A stretch of DNA of 64,000 bases, from assembly GCA_965214405.1 (NCBI GenBank), contig OZ243956.1, positions 1,568,001 to 1,632,000 of the forward strand, read 5' to 3'. The position numbers and the translations under genes were made by a program. How positions within the stretch are numbered: the first letter of the stretch is position 1; each line of letters begins with the position of its first letter. The stretch is from Trueperaceae bacterium. Lineage in GTDB: Bacteria; Deinococcota; Deinococci; Deinococcales; Trueperaceae. This document shows, in pieces, positions 31,313 through 41,859 of the stretch. The notes below the pieces were generated by a model. That model did not search any database, was not told where the DNA came from, and saw only the letters and a list, made by a program, of their open reading frames with translations.

Positions 31313-32848
31313 GTGAAGCGTAGGCTACTCTGTTTCAGTCTGCTACTTGTGCCCATGTTGACTCTGGTACACGCGCAGACCCTGGAGGACCAAGTTCACG
31401 AGTTCACGCTCGAGAACGGCCTGAAAGTCATTATGGTCGTGGACGACACCGCGCCCGTGATCAACTTTTCTTTGATGTTCGACGTGGGCGGGATTGACGA
31501 GCCCAATGGTCTGGGCGGCATTGCCCACATGGTCGAGCACATGGCCTTTAAGGGCACGCGTTCGGTGGGCAGCTTAGATATCGAAGAGGAGATGGACGCG
31601 CTAGGAAGGCTCGAGGTGGCGGCGATTGCGCTCGAGATTGCCGAGGAGGGCGGCGCGTCGGGGGAAGAATTGGCCGCTTTTCAAAGCCAGTTTGACGAGG
31701 CTCGAGCCGAGGCGCAGGCGCTGGGGGCGGACAACCCGCTGACCAACTTCTTGACCTCCAACGGCGGCGTGGGCTTAAACGCCTCGACGGGCTACGACCG
31801 GACCAACTACACCGTCTCGCTACCCGCCAACCGCCTGGAACTCTACGCCCGCCTCTACGCCGACGTGCTCGCCAACCCGGTGTTCCGCTCCTTTTACGAA
31901 GAGCGCGACGTGGTGCGCGAGGAGCGCCGCCAACGCTCCGAAGACTCGCCCGACGGCGTGCTCTACGAAGCGTTTTTAGGAGAAGCTTTTCAGGTTCATC
32001 CCTACGGCAGGCCGCTCATCGGCGCGCCCGAAGAGATTGAGTCTTACCGCGCAGACGAGGCGCGGGCCTTTTACAACGTCTACTACCAGCCCAACCGCGC
32101 GGTGCTGGTTTTGGTCGGCGACCTGGAGCCGGAGCGCGACATAGAGCTTATAGAGCGTTACTTCGACTTTGTGCCCGCCGGGCCGGACGTCGAGACCGTC
32201 ATCCCCGAAGAGCCCGAGCAGACGGAGGAGCGCCGCGTCACCGTGCCTTTCGACGCCGAGCCGCAGGTTTTGGTGGGCTACCACAAGCCGACCTTGCCCG
32301 ACCGCGACGCGTACGTGCTCGACGTGATTGATTATGTGCTGAGCAACGGCCGCACCTCGCGCCTCTTTAGGCGCATGGTGACGGGTGACGAACTCGCCTT
32401 GAGCGTTTCGACGAGCTCCGCCTCCCCCGGCATCCGCGACCCCAACCTGTTCGTCTTCGAGGGTCAGCCTCGAGCCCCCCACACCACGGAAGACTTAGAG
32501 GCCGCTTTGTACGACGAACTGGACCGCCTCAAGAACGAACCCGTGAGTGAGGACGAACTTCAAAAGGCCAAAAACAACCTCCGCGCGAACGTGCTCCGCA
32601 GCCTCGCTTCGGGAAGCGCGTTGGCGCAAAACTTAGCCTTTAACGAACTCTTCGCGGGTGGGTGGCAGAACCTGATTGACGACCTTGACCGCTACGACTC
32701 GGTCACGCCGGAAGAGATCATGACGGTGGCGGCGCGCTATTTCACCCCGGAAAACCGCACCGTGGCGACGCTCGAGCCCCTCAGTGAAGCTGTGGAAGGA
32801 GCTACCGGAGGAGACGCCGGGCAGACCGGGGGGAGTGGTGGAGAATGA
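31313..32848 (+). CDS. M16B zinc peptidase, catalytic subunit (exported)
   Basis: HMVEH (HxxEH), NASTG.D.T.Y, HPYGRP; signal peptide. Confidence 0.92.
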   Translation: MKRRLLCFSLLLVPMLTLVHAQTLEDQVHEFTLENGLKVIMVVDDTAPVINFSLMFDVGGIDEPNGLGGIAHMVEHMAFKGTRSVGSLDIEEEMDALGRLEVAAIALEIAEEGGASGEELAAFQSQFDEARAEAQALGADNPLTNFLTSNGGVGLNASTGYDRTNYTVSLPANRLELYARLYADVLANPVFRSFYEERDVVREERRQRSEDSPDGVLYEAFLGEAFQVHPYGRPLIGAPEEIESYRADEARAFYNVYYQPNRAVLVLVGDLEPERDIELIERYFDFVPAGPDVETVIPEEPEQTEERRVTVPFDAEPQVLVGYHKPTLPDRDAYVLDVIDYVLSNGRTSRLFRRMVTGDELALSVSTSSASPGIRDPNLFVFEGQPRAPHTTEDLEAALYDELDRLKNEPVSEDELQKAKNNLRANVLRSLASGSALAQNLAFNELFAGGWQNLIDDLDRYDSVTPEEIMTVAARYFTPENRTVATLEPLSEAVEGATGGDAGQTGGSGGE

Positions 32849-34326
32849 ATAAGTTTATAAAGCTGGCAACCGTCCTAACGCTTCTCGTCTGGAGCGTGAG
32901 TTTTGCGCAGACTCAAGCACCCACAGCAGCGCCGCCCGCACCCACCGAGACCCCCGTACCCGACACCTCCGTTCCCGCGGACTGGCCCGACCCGGCGGCG
33001 CTCGAGTTCTCACCCGTCGAGTACGAAGCGCCCGTCCCGACGCGGCATGAACTGTCCAACGGGATGGTGGTGTATCTGTTGGAAGACCACACCCTCCCGC
33101 TCATTAACGGCGCTGCTTACGTAAAAGCCGGAAGTTTTTACGACCCGGAGGACCAGGTGGGCTTGGCGAGCCTCACCGCCGACCTCATGCGGACGGGCGG
33201 CGCGGCGGGGCGGAGCGCGGACGAACTGGACGAAACGTTAGAAAGCCTCGCCGCCTCCGTCGAGGTGTCCGCCGCCGACCTCTACACCGCCGCGAGCTTT
33301 TCGGCGCTGCGCGAAAACATCGACGAGGTGCTGGGCGTGCTCGAAGACGTACTCACCGCGCCCGACTTCGAGCAGAGTCGCATCGAGATTGCGCGGGGCC
33401 GCGCGCTTGAAGCCATCCGCCGCCAGAACGACGACCCGGTGGGCATCGCCGTGCGCGAGTTTAACCGGCGTCTCGCCGAGGGCCACCCGGCGGGTTACGT
33501 GCCGACCGAGGAGACGGTCAACAACATCTCCCGCGAGGACATGGTGGCGTTTTACGAACGCTACTTCAAGCCCAACGCCACCGTGCTGGCCTTGAGCGGC
33601 GACTTTGATTCTGGGGCGATGCTGGAAACGCTCGAGACCACCTTCTCTGACTGGGAGTCCGCCGAGGTGGACTACCCCACGCTGCCGCCCTACAACCCGA
33701 CGCCCGAACCCAAGGTTTACGTCGCCGACAGAGCTTTGGGCCAGAGCATCATCATCATGGGTCACCCCAGCGTCTTCGCCTACAGCCCGGCCTACAACGA
33801 CCTGACGGTGGCAAATAACATCCTGGGCGGCGGGGGCTTCTCGAGCCGCCTGTTCACCGACATAAGAAGCAACCGCGGGCTGGCCTATTCGGTGGGGAGC
33901 CAGGTGGGGCAGGGCTTCGAGACGCCCGGCACCCTCCTACTCTTCTCCTTCACCCGCACCGAACGCACCGCCGAGGTGGTGGGGCTGCTTTTGGAAGGGC
34001 TCGAGCGCCTAGAAAGCGAACCCGTAAGCCCTGAAGAACTCACCACCCAGCGCGACGCGATCCTCAACCAGGCCATTTTCCGCTCCACCTCGCCCGCGGC
34101 GGTGGTGCAGCGTATCGCATTAGCAACCGAGATTTTGGGCCTGCCCACCGGCTACTACGACGACTACATCGCCCGCGTGAGCGCGGTCACGCCGGAGGAC
34201 GTGCTTAGCGTCGCCCAGCAAGAACTGCGCCCCGAGGACATGATTATCCTCGTGGTGGGTGACGTGTCGGAGTTCGACGCGCCCTTGGACCAATTTGGTG
34301 AGGTTGTGCCTATCGAGCTCGAGTAA
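32845..34326 (+). CDS. M16B peptidase, non-catalytic partner subunit
   Basis: LSNGMVVYL.EDH, GGGFSSRLF..IR..RGLAY; lacks HxxEH. Confidence 0.9.
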   Translation: MNKFIKLATVLTLLVWSVSFAQTQAPTAAPPAPTETPVPDTSVPADWPDPAALEFSPVEYEAPVPTRHELSNGMVVYLLEDHTLPLINGAAYVKAGSFYDPEDQVGLASLTADLMRTGGAAGRSADELDETLESLAASVEVSAADLYTAASFSALRENIDEVLGVLEDVLTAPDFEQSRIEIARGRALEAIRRQNDDPVGIAVREFNRRLAEGHPAGYVPTEETVNNISREDMVAFYERYFKPNATVLALSGDFDSGAMLETLETTFSDWESAEVDYPTLPPYNPTPEPKVYVADRALGQSIIIMGHPSVFAYSPAYNDLTVANNILGGGGFSSRLFTDIRSNRGLAYSVGSQVGQGFETPGTLLLFSFTRTERTAEVVGLLLEGLERLESEPVSPEELTTQRDAILNQAIFRSTSPAAVVQRIALATEILGLPTGYYDDYIARVSAVTPEDVLSVAQQELRPEDMIILVVGDVSEFDAPLDQFGEVVPIELE

Positions 34327-34339
34327 ATCCTAAAGAGAC

Positions 34340-34372
34340 AGGGCGTGAGGAGTATCAACCACCTCACGCCCT
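34340..34372 (+). terminator. Hairpin terminator after the M16 pair; left edge of the accessory island
   Basis: AGGGCGTGAGG / CCTCACGCCCT stem. Confidence 0.65.
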
Positions 34373-34679
34373 ATTATGTGATGCTGGTTCAACTCTGAAA
34401 GCCACCAAATTTCCCATTAAATTTTGGAAAAGGAGAATTACTTCTTAGCTTTGTTGAGTTTCTAACACTCAACAATTGTCATAATCTTCTGCTATGAGCG
34501 TATTAGTTATACATCTAAGTGATATCCACTTCAACGCAACCAACAATCCCTTGCTAAACAGGTTGGCTTCCCTCATTAACGCGATTGGTAGTGTTGGCAA
34601 ATCTGCCACTGGATGTGTTGTAGCTATTTCAGGTGATATCGCTTATTCCGGTGATTTAGAAGAATACATGATAGCACTA

Positions 34680-35870
34680 GTACCCCAACCAGGTAGCAAG
34701 TTAAGACAAAAGCTGCTATTTTTTCTTTCATGCCAGCAGCCATAAAGATAAGCTTACAAGCCGAAGAACGTACAGAGCTAGAAAAGTTAGCACGTGCGAA
34801 TAAGCGCTCGCTACGAGAAAAGACCCGTGCCCGCATTCTGCTGTTGTCGGACACCAACCGTGAGGAAGGCGCGTGGAAAGTCGAGGCGATACGAACCAAG
34901 CTAAGGGTCAGTCCACCTACGGTAGTGCGAGTCAAGAAGGCGTTTTTAGAGCGAGGTGTAGAGTCGGTATTTCGTAAAGAGCAACAGCAGCGCAAGGTAA
35001 GAGTGCTGGGTGGCGAAGCAGAGGCGTTTCTGATTGCCAGCGTTTGCAGCGAAGCTCCCAAGGGACGAAAGCGCTGGACCCTGGAACTGCTGCAAGACAA
35101 AGTGATTGCGGCGGGCTACGTCGATGGCGTTGCGAAAGAGACCATCCGACAAACGCTTAAAAAAACGAACTCAAGCCTTGGTTAAAGAAGTGCTGGGTGA
35201 TTCCACCCAAAGAGAACGCCCGCTTCGTCGCCCAAATGGAAGATGTACTGGAAGTCTACCAACGTCCGCACGACCCTAAGCGACCGGTGGTATGTTTGGA
35301 CGAAGCGTGTAAACAACTTACAAGCAGCGTCCAGGAAGACCTGCCCTTAGAGCCGGGCAAGCCTCAGCGTGTGGATTACGAATACGAGCGCCACGGCCAG
35401 GCCAACCTGTTCATGCTTTTTGCGCCACTTGAGGCGTGGCGTGAGGTGCAAGTTCATAAAACGCGCACTGCCGACGATTACGCCCATGTCATCCGCTATT
35501 TAGTGGACGAGTGCTTCCCCGACGCAAGCAAGGTCGTGCTGGTGCAGGACAACCTGAGCACCCACCACGCCAGCAGCCTTTACCAAACCTTTGCTCCCCA
35601 CGAGGCGCAACGGTTGGTCCAGAAGCTTGAAATCCACTACACACCTGTACACGGTTCGTGGTTGAACATGGCAGAAATCGAACTTTCCGTCTTGGCTAAA
35701 CAGTGTTTGGCTGACCACGTAGCCTCCGTGGACACTCTCAAAGAAGACGTTCAAGTCTGGGCTGGGCAGCGTAACAATCGTAAAAATACTGTGGACTGGC
35801 GCTTCACCACAGACGATGCCCGCGTTAAACTTAAACGACTTTACCCCTCTGTTCTACCTGGTTAGGGTAC
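34680..35870 (+). mobile_element. IS630-family insertion sequence
   Basis: 17-bp IRs GTACCCCAACCAGGTAG / rc GTACCCTAACCAGGTAG; TA duplicated (34678-79, 35871-72). Confidence 0.93.
34730..35865 (+). CDS. IS630 transposase (HTH ORFA 34730-35185 + DDE ORFB) joined by a probable -1 frameshift
   Basis: RWTLELL; VCLDE, QDNL.TH, SWLNMAEIELS; slippery TAAAAAAAC at about 35158-35166. Confidence 0.88.
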
Positions 35871-37396
35871 TAGAGTTCGTAGAAAATGTGCAAAAGGGAA
35901 TTGCTGAACGGCTAAATCTTGAAAAAGTGCATCTGGCAATAGTTCCGGGCAATCATGATTGCACGTTGGGATCTGAAAATGCAGCTCGCACTCGGATTAT
36001 TGAGCTACTATCAAAAAATCACGAAGATGCTAAAGAGGACACTATAATAGACATTTGCATATCAGCTCAAGAAAACTTTTTTTACTTTATGCATTCGTTG
36101 GAAACTCAGTATCTTAATCAGAATGGCTACCTTTACTACGAATACAGTTTTCCTTTTGAATCAAATGAGGTTGTGTTTCGCTGTTTGAACACCGCCTGGG
36201 TATCACAGTTACATGAGCGCGAAGGAACAATGATTTATCCAGTAGATATTGTCCCTGTTAGAGCAGATCAAGAGGCTGCCGTGGTTATTACAATGCTACA
36301 CCATCCATATAATTGGCTGGGCAACGAAAATGCTCGCGCTTTAAGAGATCGTCTTGAAAGTAACTCAGATATCATACTAACTGGGCACGAACATGTTGGT
36401 TCTCGCTATCAAAAAGTAACAGCACATGGACCACTTAATGAGTATCTTGAAGGCTGGGTGCTACAAGACAACTATAAAGATGAGAGTAGTCACTTTAGTG
36501 TCATTGAGCTTGATTTAGAAGCTAAGAAACAAAAAATCACCCATTTTTCTTACCTTGATAATCTGTATCGACCCACAGACTCATCCGATACAGCTTGGGC
36601 AAGCCTACAGGTTAATCAATTACAAAGTCAAAGAAAGTTCAAATTTAATTTAAATTTTGAGCGTTACCTTGATGATCCAGAAGCTACATTTACTAGTTCT
36701 AAAGGTGATTTAGGTCTGAAAGACCTCTATGTACATCCAATGCTGCAAGAGCAGAACTTTGATAACAAAGGCAAAGAAACATTTCGCTCTCACGACCTGC
36801 CAATCAGGTTGTTAGATAGTCCCCATATTGTAATTAGTGGTTCAAATCATTCAGGCAAAACAGCACTAGCCAAAATTTTGTGTCAAAGCTGCCTTAATGA
36901 AGGCTTGGTCCCCATTCTATTGGAAGGCAATAACATTAGCGATCCAAACGAAAGTCGAATTATGAATCAGATCTATCGAACATTTTCAAGTCAATATGAT
37001 GAAAGCGTCCTCGAAGAATTTAAGCAGTTGCCACCCAGTAAAAAAATAGTGATTTTAGATGACTATGCAAAACTGCGGCTTAACACTAAAGGGAGAAAAA
37101 AACTACTTGAAACCTTAAATAGAGAATTTACCTATATTGTTCTGTTCGCTGACGATTTCGCAATGCGTTTGGATGAAATAGTTCATCATAACGGCGATAG
37201 TCTAATGCGTTCGTTCAGCCGTTTCAGGATCCTCGAGTTTGGCTACAAACTAAGAGATGAAATGGCAATGCGTTGGCTGCGTCCGGAAGATGATTATACT
37301 ACAGATTTACAACAACTTAGCCGCCGACTTAAGCACGTCAGAGACGTCCTTGATACAGTTCTGGGACGGAATTTTATCCCTTCTTATCCCTTTTTT

Positions 37397-38526
37397 CTCA
37401 GTACACGACAGATTTGAAATAAAGGGCTCTCCAGTGAAGAATGGATGTTGCGAGACACCACTTCAAGGGAGAGCATATGAAGCATACCGGGTTGCTGGCA
37501 CAGTTGAAAGCGAGCGGCTTAAAGCTGCACCCGTCACGGCTTAAGTTCTTGAGCTTGTTGATGATCGCGATGGTGCAGGCAAAGACGGTGAACTTGGCGA
37601 CGTTGGTAGGCATGATGGAGGGCAGAGCCCAGCCGGACTCGCTTTACAGACGGGCGCAACGGTTTTTCCAAGGCTTGCACTTGGCCGATGAGACAGTTTT
37701 CAGGTACGCGCTGAGTCTAGGTCCCAAGCGAAGCTACAGCCTGTGCCTAGACCGGACGAACTGGAAGTTTGGCAAACTCGACATCAACATCTTGACCCTG
37801 GCTTATGCGCATGAGGGCGTAGCGGTTCCCTTACTGTGGTGTCTTTTGCCCAAGGCTGGCAACTCCGCCACGCAAGAACGCATTACGCTTTTGGAGCGTT
37901 TGCTAAAACTTTTGCCCGTAGACCAGCTAGAGGTGCTGCTAGCCGATAGGGAGTTCATCGGGGGCGACTGGTTCGCTTATCTTGAGCGTAAGCACATCCC
38001 TTTCGTTATCCGCGTGCGTAAAGACGCTCTCGGTGATGGCTGGTTTCATCTGTTCGGCTTTTTCCAGCATCTACCTGTGGGTGAGCACAAGGTACTTAAA
38101 CAGCGCTACACTGTCTTTGGTGTTGAGCTTGGGGTTGCAGGCGCGCGTTTAGAGGGTGGAGAATACATCATCGTCGTCACCAACCGCAATCCTAAGCAGG
38201 CCCTCGCAAGCTACGCGAAGCGCTGGCAGATAGAATGCTTGTTCAAAGCCTTGAAAAGCAGCGGCTTTGACTTTGAAGCTACGCATCTCAAGCACCTAGA
38301 GCGCATTAACACCTTACTTGTCGTTGTGACCCTGGCTTTCTTATGGGCCTTGAAAGTCGGAGCATTTGTTCACCGTCAGCTCAAACCTGTTCGAATGAAG
38401 TCGCACGGGCGCAAGCAGAAGTCTTTATTCCGGGCAGGCTTAGACCATCTCAGGCATCTGCTCACCAACTCGGCAACCAAAAAGCCTGACCTGGACCGCT
38501 GTTTTCGGCTTTTGTCGTGTACTTAG
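37397..38526 (+). mobile_element. IS4-family insertion sequence, 1130 bp, no target duplication
   Basis: IRs CTCAGTACACGACA / rc CTAAGTACACGACA; flanks CCCTTTTTT vs CCGAAAAGG do not match. Confidence 0.88.
37441..38526 (+). CDS. IS4-family transposase (start may be 37477)
   Basis: LDRTNW, ADREF, Y..RWQIECLFKALKS.GF (YREK motif). Confidence 0.9.
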   Translation: MDVARHHFKGEHMKHTGLLAQLKASGLKLHPSRLKFLSLLMIAMVQAKTVNLATLVGMMEGRAQPDSLYRRAQRFFQGLHLADETVFRYALSLGPKRSYSLCLDRTNWKFGKLDINILTLAYAHEGVAVPLLWCLLPKAGNSATQERITLLERLLKLLPVDQLEVLLADREFIGGDWFAYLERKHIPFVIRVRKDALGDGWFHLFGFFQHLPVGEHKVLKQRYTVFGVELGVAGARLEGGEYIIVVTNRNPKQALASYAKRWQIECLFKALKSSGFDFEATHLKHLERINTLLVVVTLAFLWALKVGAFVHRQLKPVRMKSHGRKQKSLFRAGLDHLRHLLTNSATKKPDLDRCFRLLSCT

Positions 38527-39697
38527 CCGAAAAGGTATATAAGGAGGAGTTTGCGAATATCTTACTGTTCCTGACGCATCTGTCGAAAGATCCATACATA
38601 ATCAATGAATTGCTTAATAGATCCAAAGATTTATATAAGGATATGCCTCCAACAGACTTAGACAAAGACGTTGAGTTTCTAAATGATCTTCACAAAACCG
38701 TACCTAAATTTGTTTATGAGGATAAAGACCCTGAAGCTGTTAGAAACGAGTTAGCAGAGGAACTTGACAAGAATAGTAACCTTACAGGTCAAGAAATAGT
38801 TGAACCTGATTTGGATGAGCAGGAAGAGCAAGATCTCAAAGATATTTTAGAGGTAAATAAAGCTTATAAAATGATCCAAATTCTAGGTCAAATTTTGAAG
38901 AACTCGCCTGGTGCTATTAAAGGAGAACGGAAGTTAGAAGTTGCAAGCGAATGCTACAGTCTTAGTAGACGTCTATTATCTAAAATTTTTCATCTCATCA
39001 ATGATAACCTTGATGATGTAGTTCAAGACATTGTTGCAAGGATAGATGAGAAACATCCAGAAATAAAACATGATGAACTTATTGATGGAGTTCGTAAGTT
39101 CCTATTTATGCTAACTGAAACTGTTGGCTATGGCATGATTAAATGGGTCACACACTCTGTTGGATCAGATAAACTTGAAGAAACGTATAAGCAAATTCGT
39201 GAAGAAGATAAGTCTGTGGCAACTGCTCTAATTGATGTCTCAATCAAGTTTGACCACATAACAACGTATCCATACGATGACGTGAAAGAACTCAAGAAAC
39301 GACTGAAAAAGAATATCTACAGCTTTGGGCTCTTACAAATTCTTGCCTTGAGTCATATGGATTTGTACGCTGTCAACAGAGAAATGAAACAGCGCATGTG
39401 TCAATTGCTTGAAGTCGAATTTAGAGCCATACCTAGTCCAATCGCTATTGAACGAGGAGGTAATTAGATTTTCGCTTCTATGAGCTATAAGCAGGCGCTG
39501 CAAGGATCACTGAATCTTTCTGTTCAGATTCTGGAAGTCGTTCTAAATTATATCAAATTCATCCATTAACTGTTCAGCGCCCCTGAGCTTAATCTGTCAA
39601 GCGACACTTTCGTCCTTTTTAGGGTTTGCGCTAACATAAGTACACTTGGACCTTCACTTTTGTATCGGTAAAATGAAGATTTTACGAAGGGGCGGTA

Positions 39698-39919
39698 ATG
39701 ATAAAGCGGCGGACAAAAACGAAGTATGTACATGAAGGGCAATACGTAGCGGAGGTGGACGTCGCGTTAATTGAGGACGAGACCGAGTGGTCGCCCTACC
39801 TGAGCCTCGAGGACGCGTACAGATTGGACAACGTAAGAGAGGCACTTCGCCAAGGTGACCTGGGCGCGGCAGCTCAATATGACCGAATCTACGAGCTTCG
39901 ACCTGTTGCACATCAGTGA
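39698..39919 (+). CDS. Small hypothetical protein, probable orphan antitoxin
   Basis: 73 aa acidic KYVHEGQYVAEVDV...WSPYLSLEDA; TAATG overlap with a short upstream remnant. Confidence 0.65.
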   Translation: MIKRRTKTKYVHEGQYVAEVDVALIEDETEWSPYLSLEDAYRLDNVREALRQGDLGAAAQYDRIYELRPVAHQ

Positions 39920-39968
39920 TTGCACAACAACAGCTTCCTCATCCAAAACCCGACCTTCCTTCAGAGCG

Positions 39969-39989
39969 TGGTATCCTCTTTGTAGATAC
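39969..39989 (+). promoter_or_regulatory. mazEF promoter/operator
   Basis: Extended -10 TGGTATCCT overlapping the inverted repeat GTATC-N9-GATAC just upstream of the mazE RBS. Confidence 0.5.
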
Positions 39990-40004
39990 TTTTGGGAGGT
40001 GAGG

Positions 40005-40247
40005 ATGAAAACTAAAGTTCAAAAATGGGGGAACAGTCTAGCACTACGCATTCCCAAGTCATTCGCCGCTGAGACTTCTCTCGAGCCCGACACCGAGGTT
40101 GACCTGAGTCTAGTCGAGGGCAAACTTGTAGTAACGCCTCTTGCCGGGACCGACTACTCGCTCGAGGGGTTGCTCGAGGGCGTCACCGAAGAAAACATCC
40201 ACGCTGAGGTAGACACAGGGGCTTCCGTCGGTCATGAGGCTTGGTAG
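40005..40247 (+). CDS. mazE: AbrB/MazE-family antitoxin
   Basis: MKTKVQKWGNSLALRIP...YSLEGLLEGVTEENIHAEVD.G..VG.EAW. Confidence 0.92.
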   Translation: MKTKVQKWGNSLALRIPKSFAAETSLEPDTEVDLSLVEGKLVVTPLAGTDYSLEGLLEGVTEENIHAEVDTGASVGHEAW

Positions 40248-40576
40248 TGGCTTACGTCCCTGAGCGTGGTGACGCCGTGTGGATTGACTTCAACCCTCAA
40301 GCAGGTCATGAACAAGCAGGCAGACGTCCGGCGCTGGTTCTGTCACCACTCTCCTACAACCAGAAGGTTCGTCTAGCGCTCCTTTGCCCAATCACCAACC
40401 AAATCAAGGGCTATCCCTTCGAGGTGCCCCTACCAAAAGGTGAGGTTTCAGGCGTTGTCCTTGCGGACCAAGTCAAAAGCTTGGACTGGCAAAGGCGTAA
40501 GGTTGAGCTTATCACCCGACTTCCGGACGATACGGTCACCGACGTTGTAAAGCGGCTCAGGGCACTTCTTCCCTAA
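40241..40576 (+). CDS. mazF: MazF endoribonuclease toxin
   Basis: YVPERGD.VWIDFNPQAGHEQAGRRPALVLS, KGYPFEV, DQVKSLDW. Confidence 0.95.
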   Translation: MVVAYVPERGDAVWIDFNPQAGHEQAGRRPALVLSPLSYNQKVRLALLCPITNQIKGYPFEVPLPKGEVSGVVLADQVKSLDWQRRKVELITRLPDDTVTDVVKRLRALLP

Positions 40577-40710
40577 GCCCTGCCGCCAGACTGTGCGCAG
40601 CAAGGAACGCCAAAGCGGCTTGCCAAGAGTCTGAAGTAGATTTGGGCGCAGGTCAACCCACACGCCCACGACGCCTAAACCCTCGAGCCTGCCTCGTTAG
40701 AACTTTGCTT

Positions 40711-41238
40711 ATGTAGATACAGCAGCTTGATACTTACCACGCCGCGGCCTACCAAAGGATTCGCCTGCAAGCCCTGCGTGAGTACCCGACGGCGTTTAAC
40801 TCGAGCTACGAGGAAGAAAGGGAGCGCCCTGTATCAGCGTTTGAGGCGTCGCTGGTGCCGAGTCCAACCCGCGTCATGTTTGGCGCTTTTGATGATGCCC
40901 ACCTTGTAGGGACGGTAAGCGTTGGGCGAGACGGACGCCGCAAGGTCAAGCACAAAGGCAGTATCAGTAGCATGTACGTTTCGCCGGACTACCGTCACCG
41001 AGGGCTTGGCAAGGGATTATTGGCGCACGCGCTCGAGTTTGCGGATTCGCAAATGGGTTTGGTCCAGCTAACGCTCGTGGTGAACGCCGCCAACACATCG
41101 GCCATCTCACTCTACGAATCGTTTGGCTTCGAGTCGTTCGGCCTCGAGCCCGCCGCCGCGTTTATTGACGGCGTGTTTCATGATGAGATGCACATGGTGC
41201 GTCTCTCCTCAGTTCAAACTTTAGCCGCTAAGCCGTAA
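40711..41238 (+). pseudogene. GNAT acetyltransferase with a nonsense codon at position 2
   Basis: ATG TAG ATA CAG...; frame open as IQQLDTYHAAAYQRIRLQALREYPTAFNSSYEEE into ORF 40855 (MYVSPDYRHRGLG, N.SAISLYESFGF). Confidence 0.75.
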
Positions 41239-41859
41239 AGCAAGCCTTAAAACCAACCCTTGCGCCTAAAATAGGCCACCAGCCCCACCGTCACGAGAAT
41301 CATCACGCCCCACACCGCCGCGTAGCCCCAGCGCCACCCCAGCTCGGGCATAGTCGCAAAGTTCATCCCGTAAACCCCGACGATAAAGGTCAGCGGGATA
41401 AAGATGGTGGCGATAATGGTCAAGACCTTCATCACCTCGTTCATGCGGTTGGACACGCTCGAGAGATAAACTTCTAAAAGGCTCGTCAAGAGGTCGCGGT
41501 AGGTCTCAACCGTGTCGATGACCTGGACCGTGTGATCGTAGACGTCGCGTAAGTAGGCGAGTACGGCGGGGGTAAAGAGCGAGTTTTCCTCGCGGTAGAG
41601 CGCGCTCAAGACCTCGCGGAGCGGCCACACCGACTTGCGCAGGAAAATCATCTCGCGCCGGTAGGTGTTGATGCGCCCCAGAAGCGCGGGGGTGGGCGCG
41701 TCAATGACCTCCTCTTCTAAGTCCTCGATAATCTCGCCGTAACGCTCGAGGATCAAAAAGTGCGTATCGACCACCATATCCATGAGCGCGTACGCGAGAT
41801 AGTCCGCGCCCTGACGGCGAATCTTGCCCTTGCTCTTCGCTATCCTGTCGCGCACCGGG

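Larger units (their letters stand above)
34494..39467 (+). pseudogene. Calcineurin-like metallophosphoesterase + STAND NTPase + helical C-terminus (candidate anti-phage gene), split into 34494-34679, 35873-37396 and 38527-39467 by two ISs
   Basis: MPase motifs SDIH, GDIA, GNHD, HHP, GHEH; Walker A GSNHSGKT, Walker B IVILDD; removing the IS630 restores YMIAL|EFVENV in frame; AT-rich. Confidence 0.85.
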
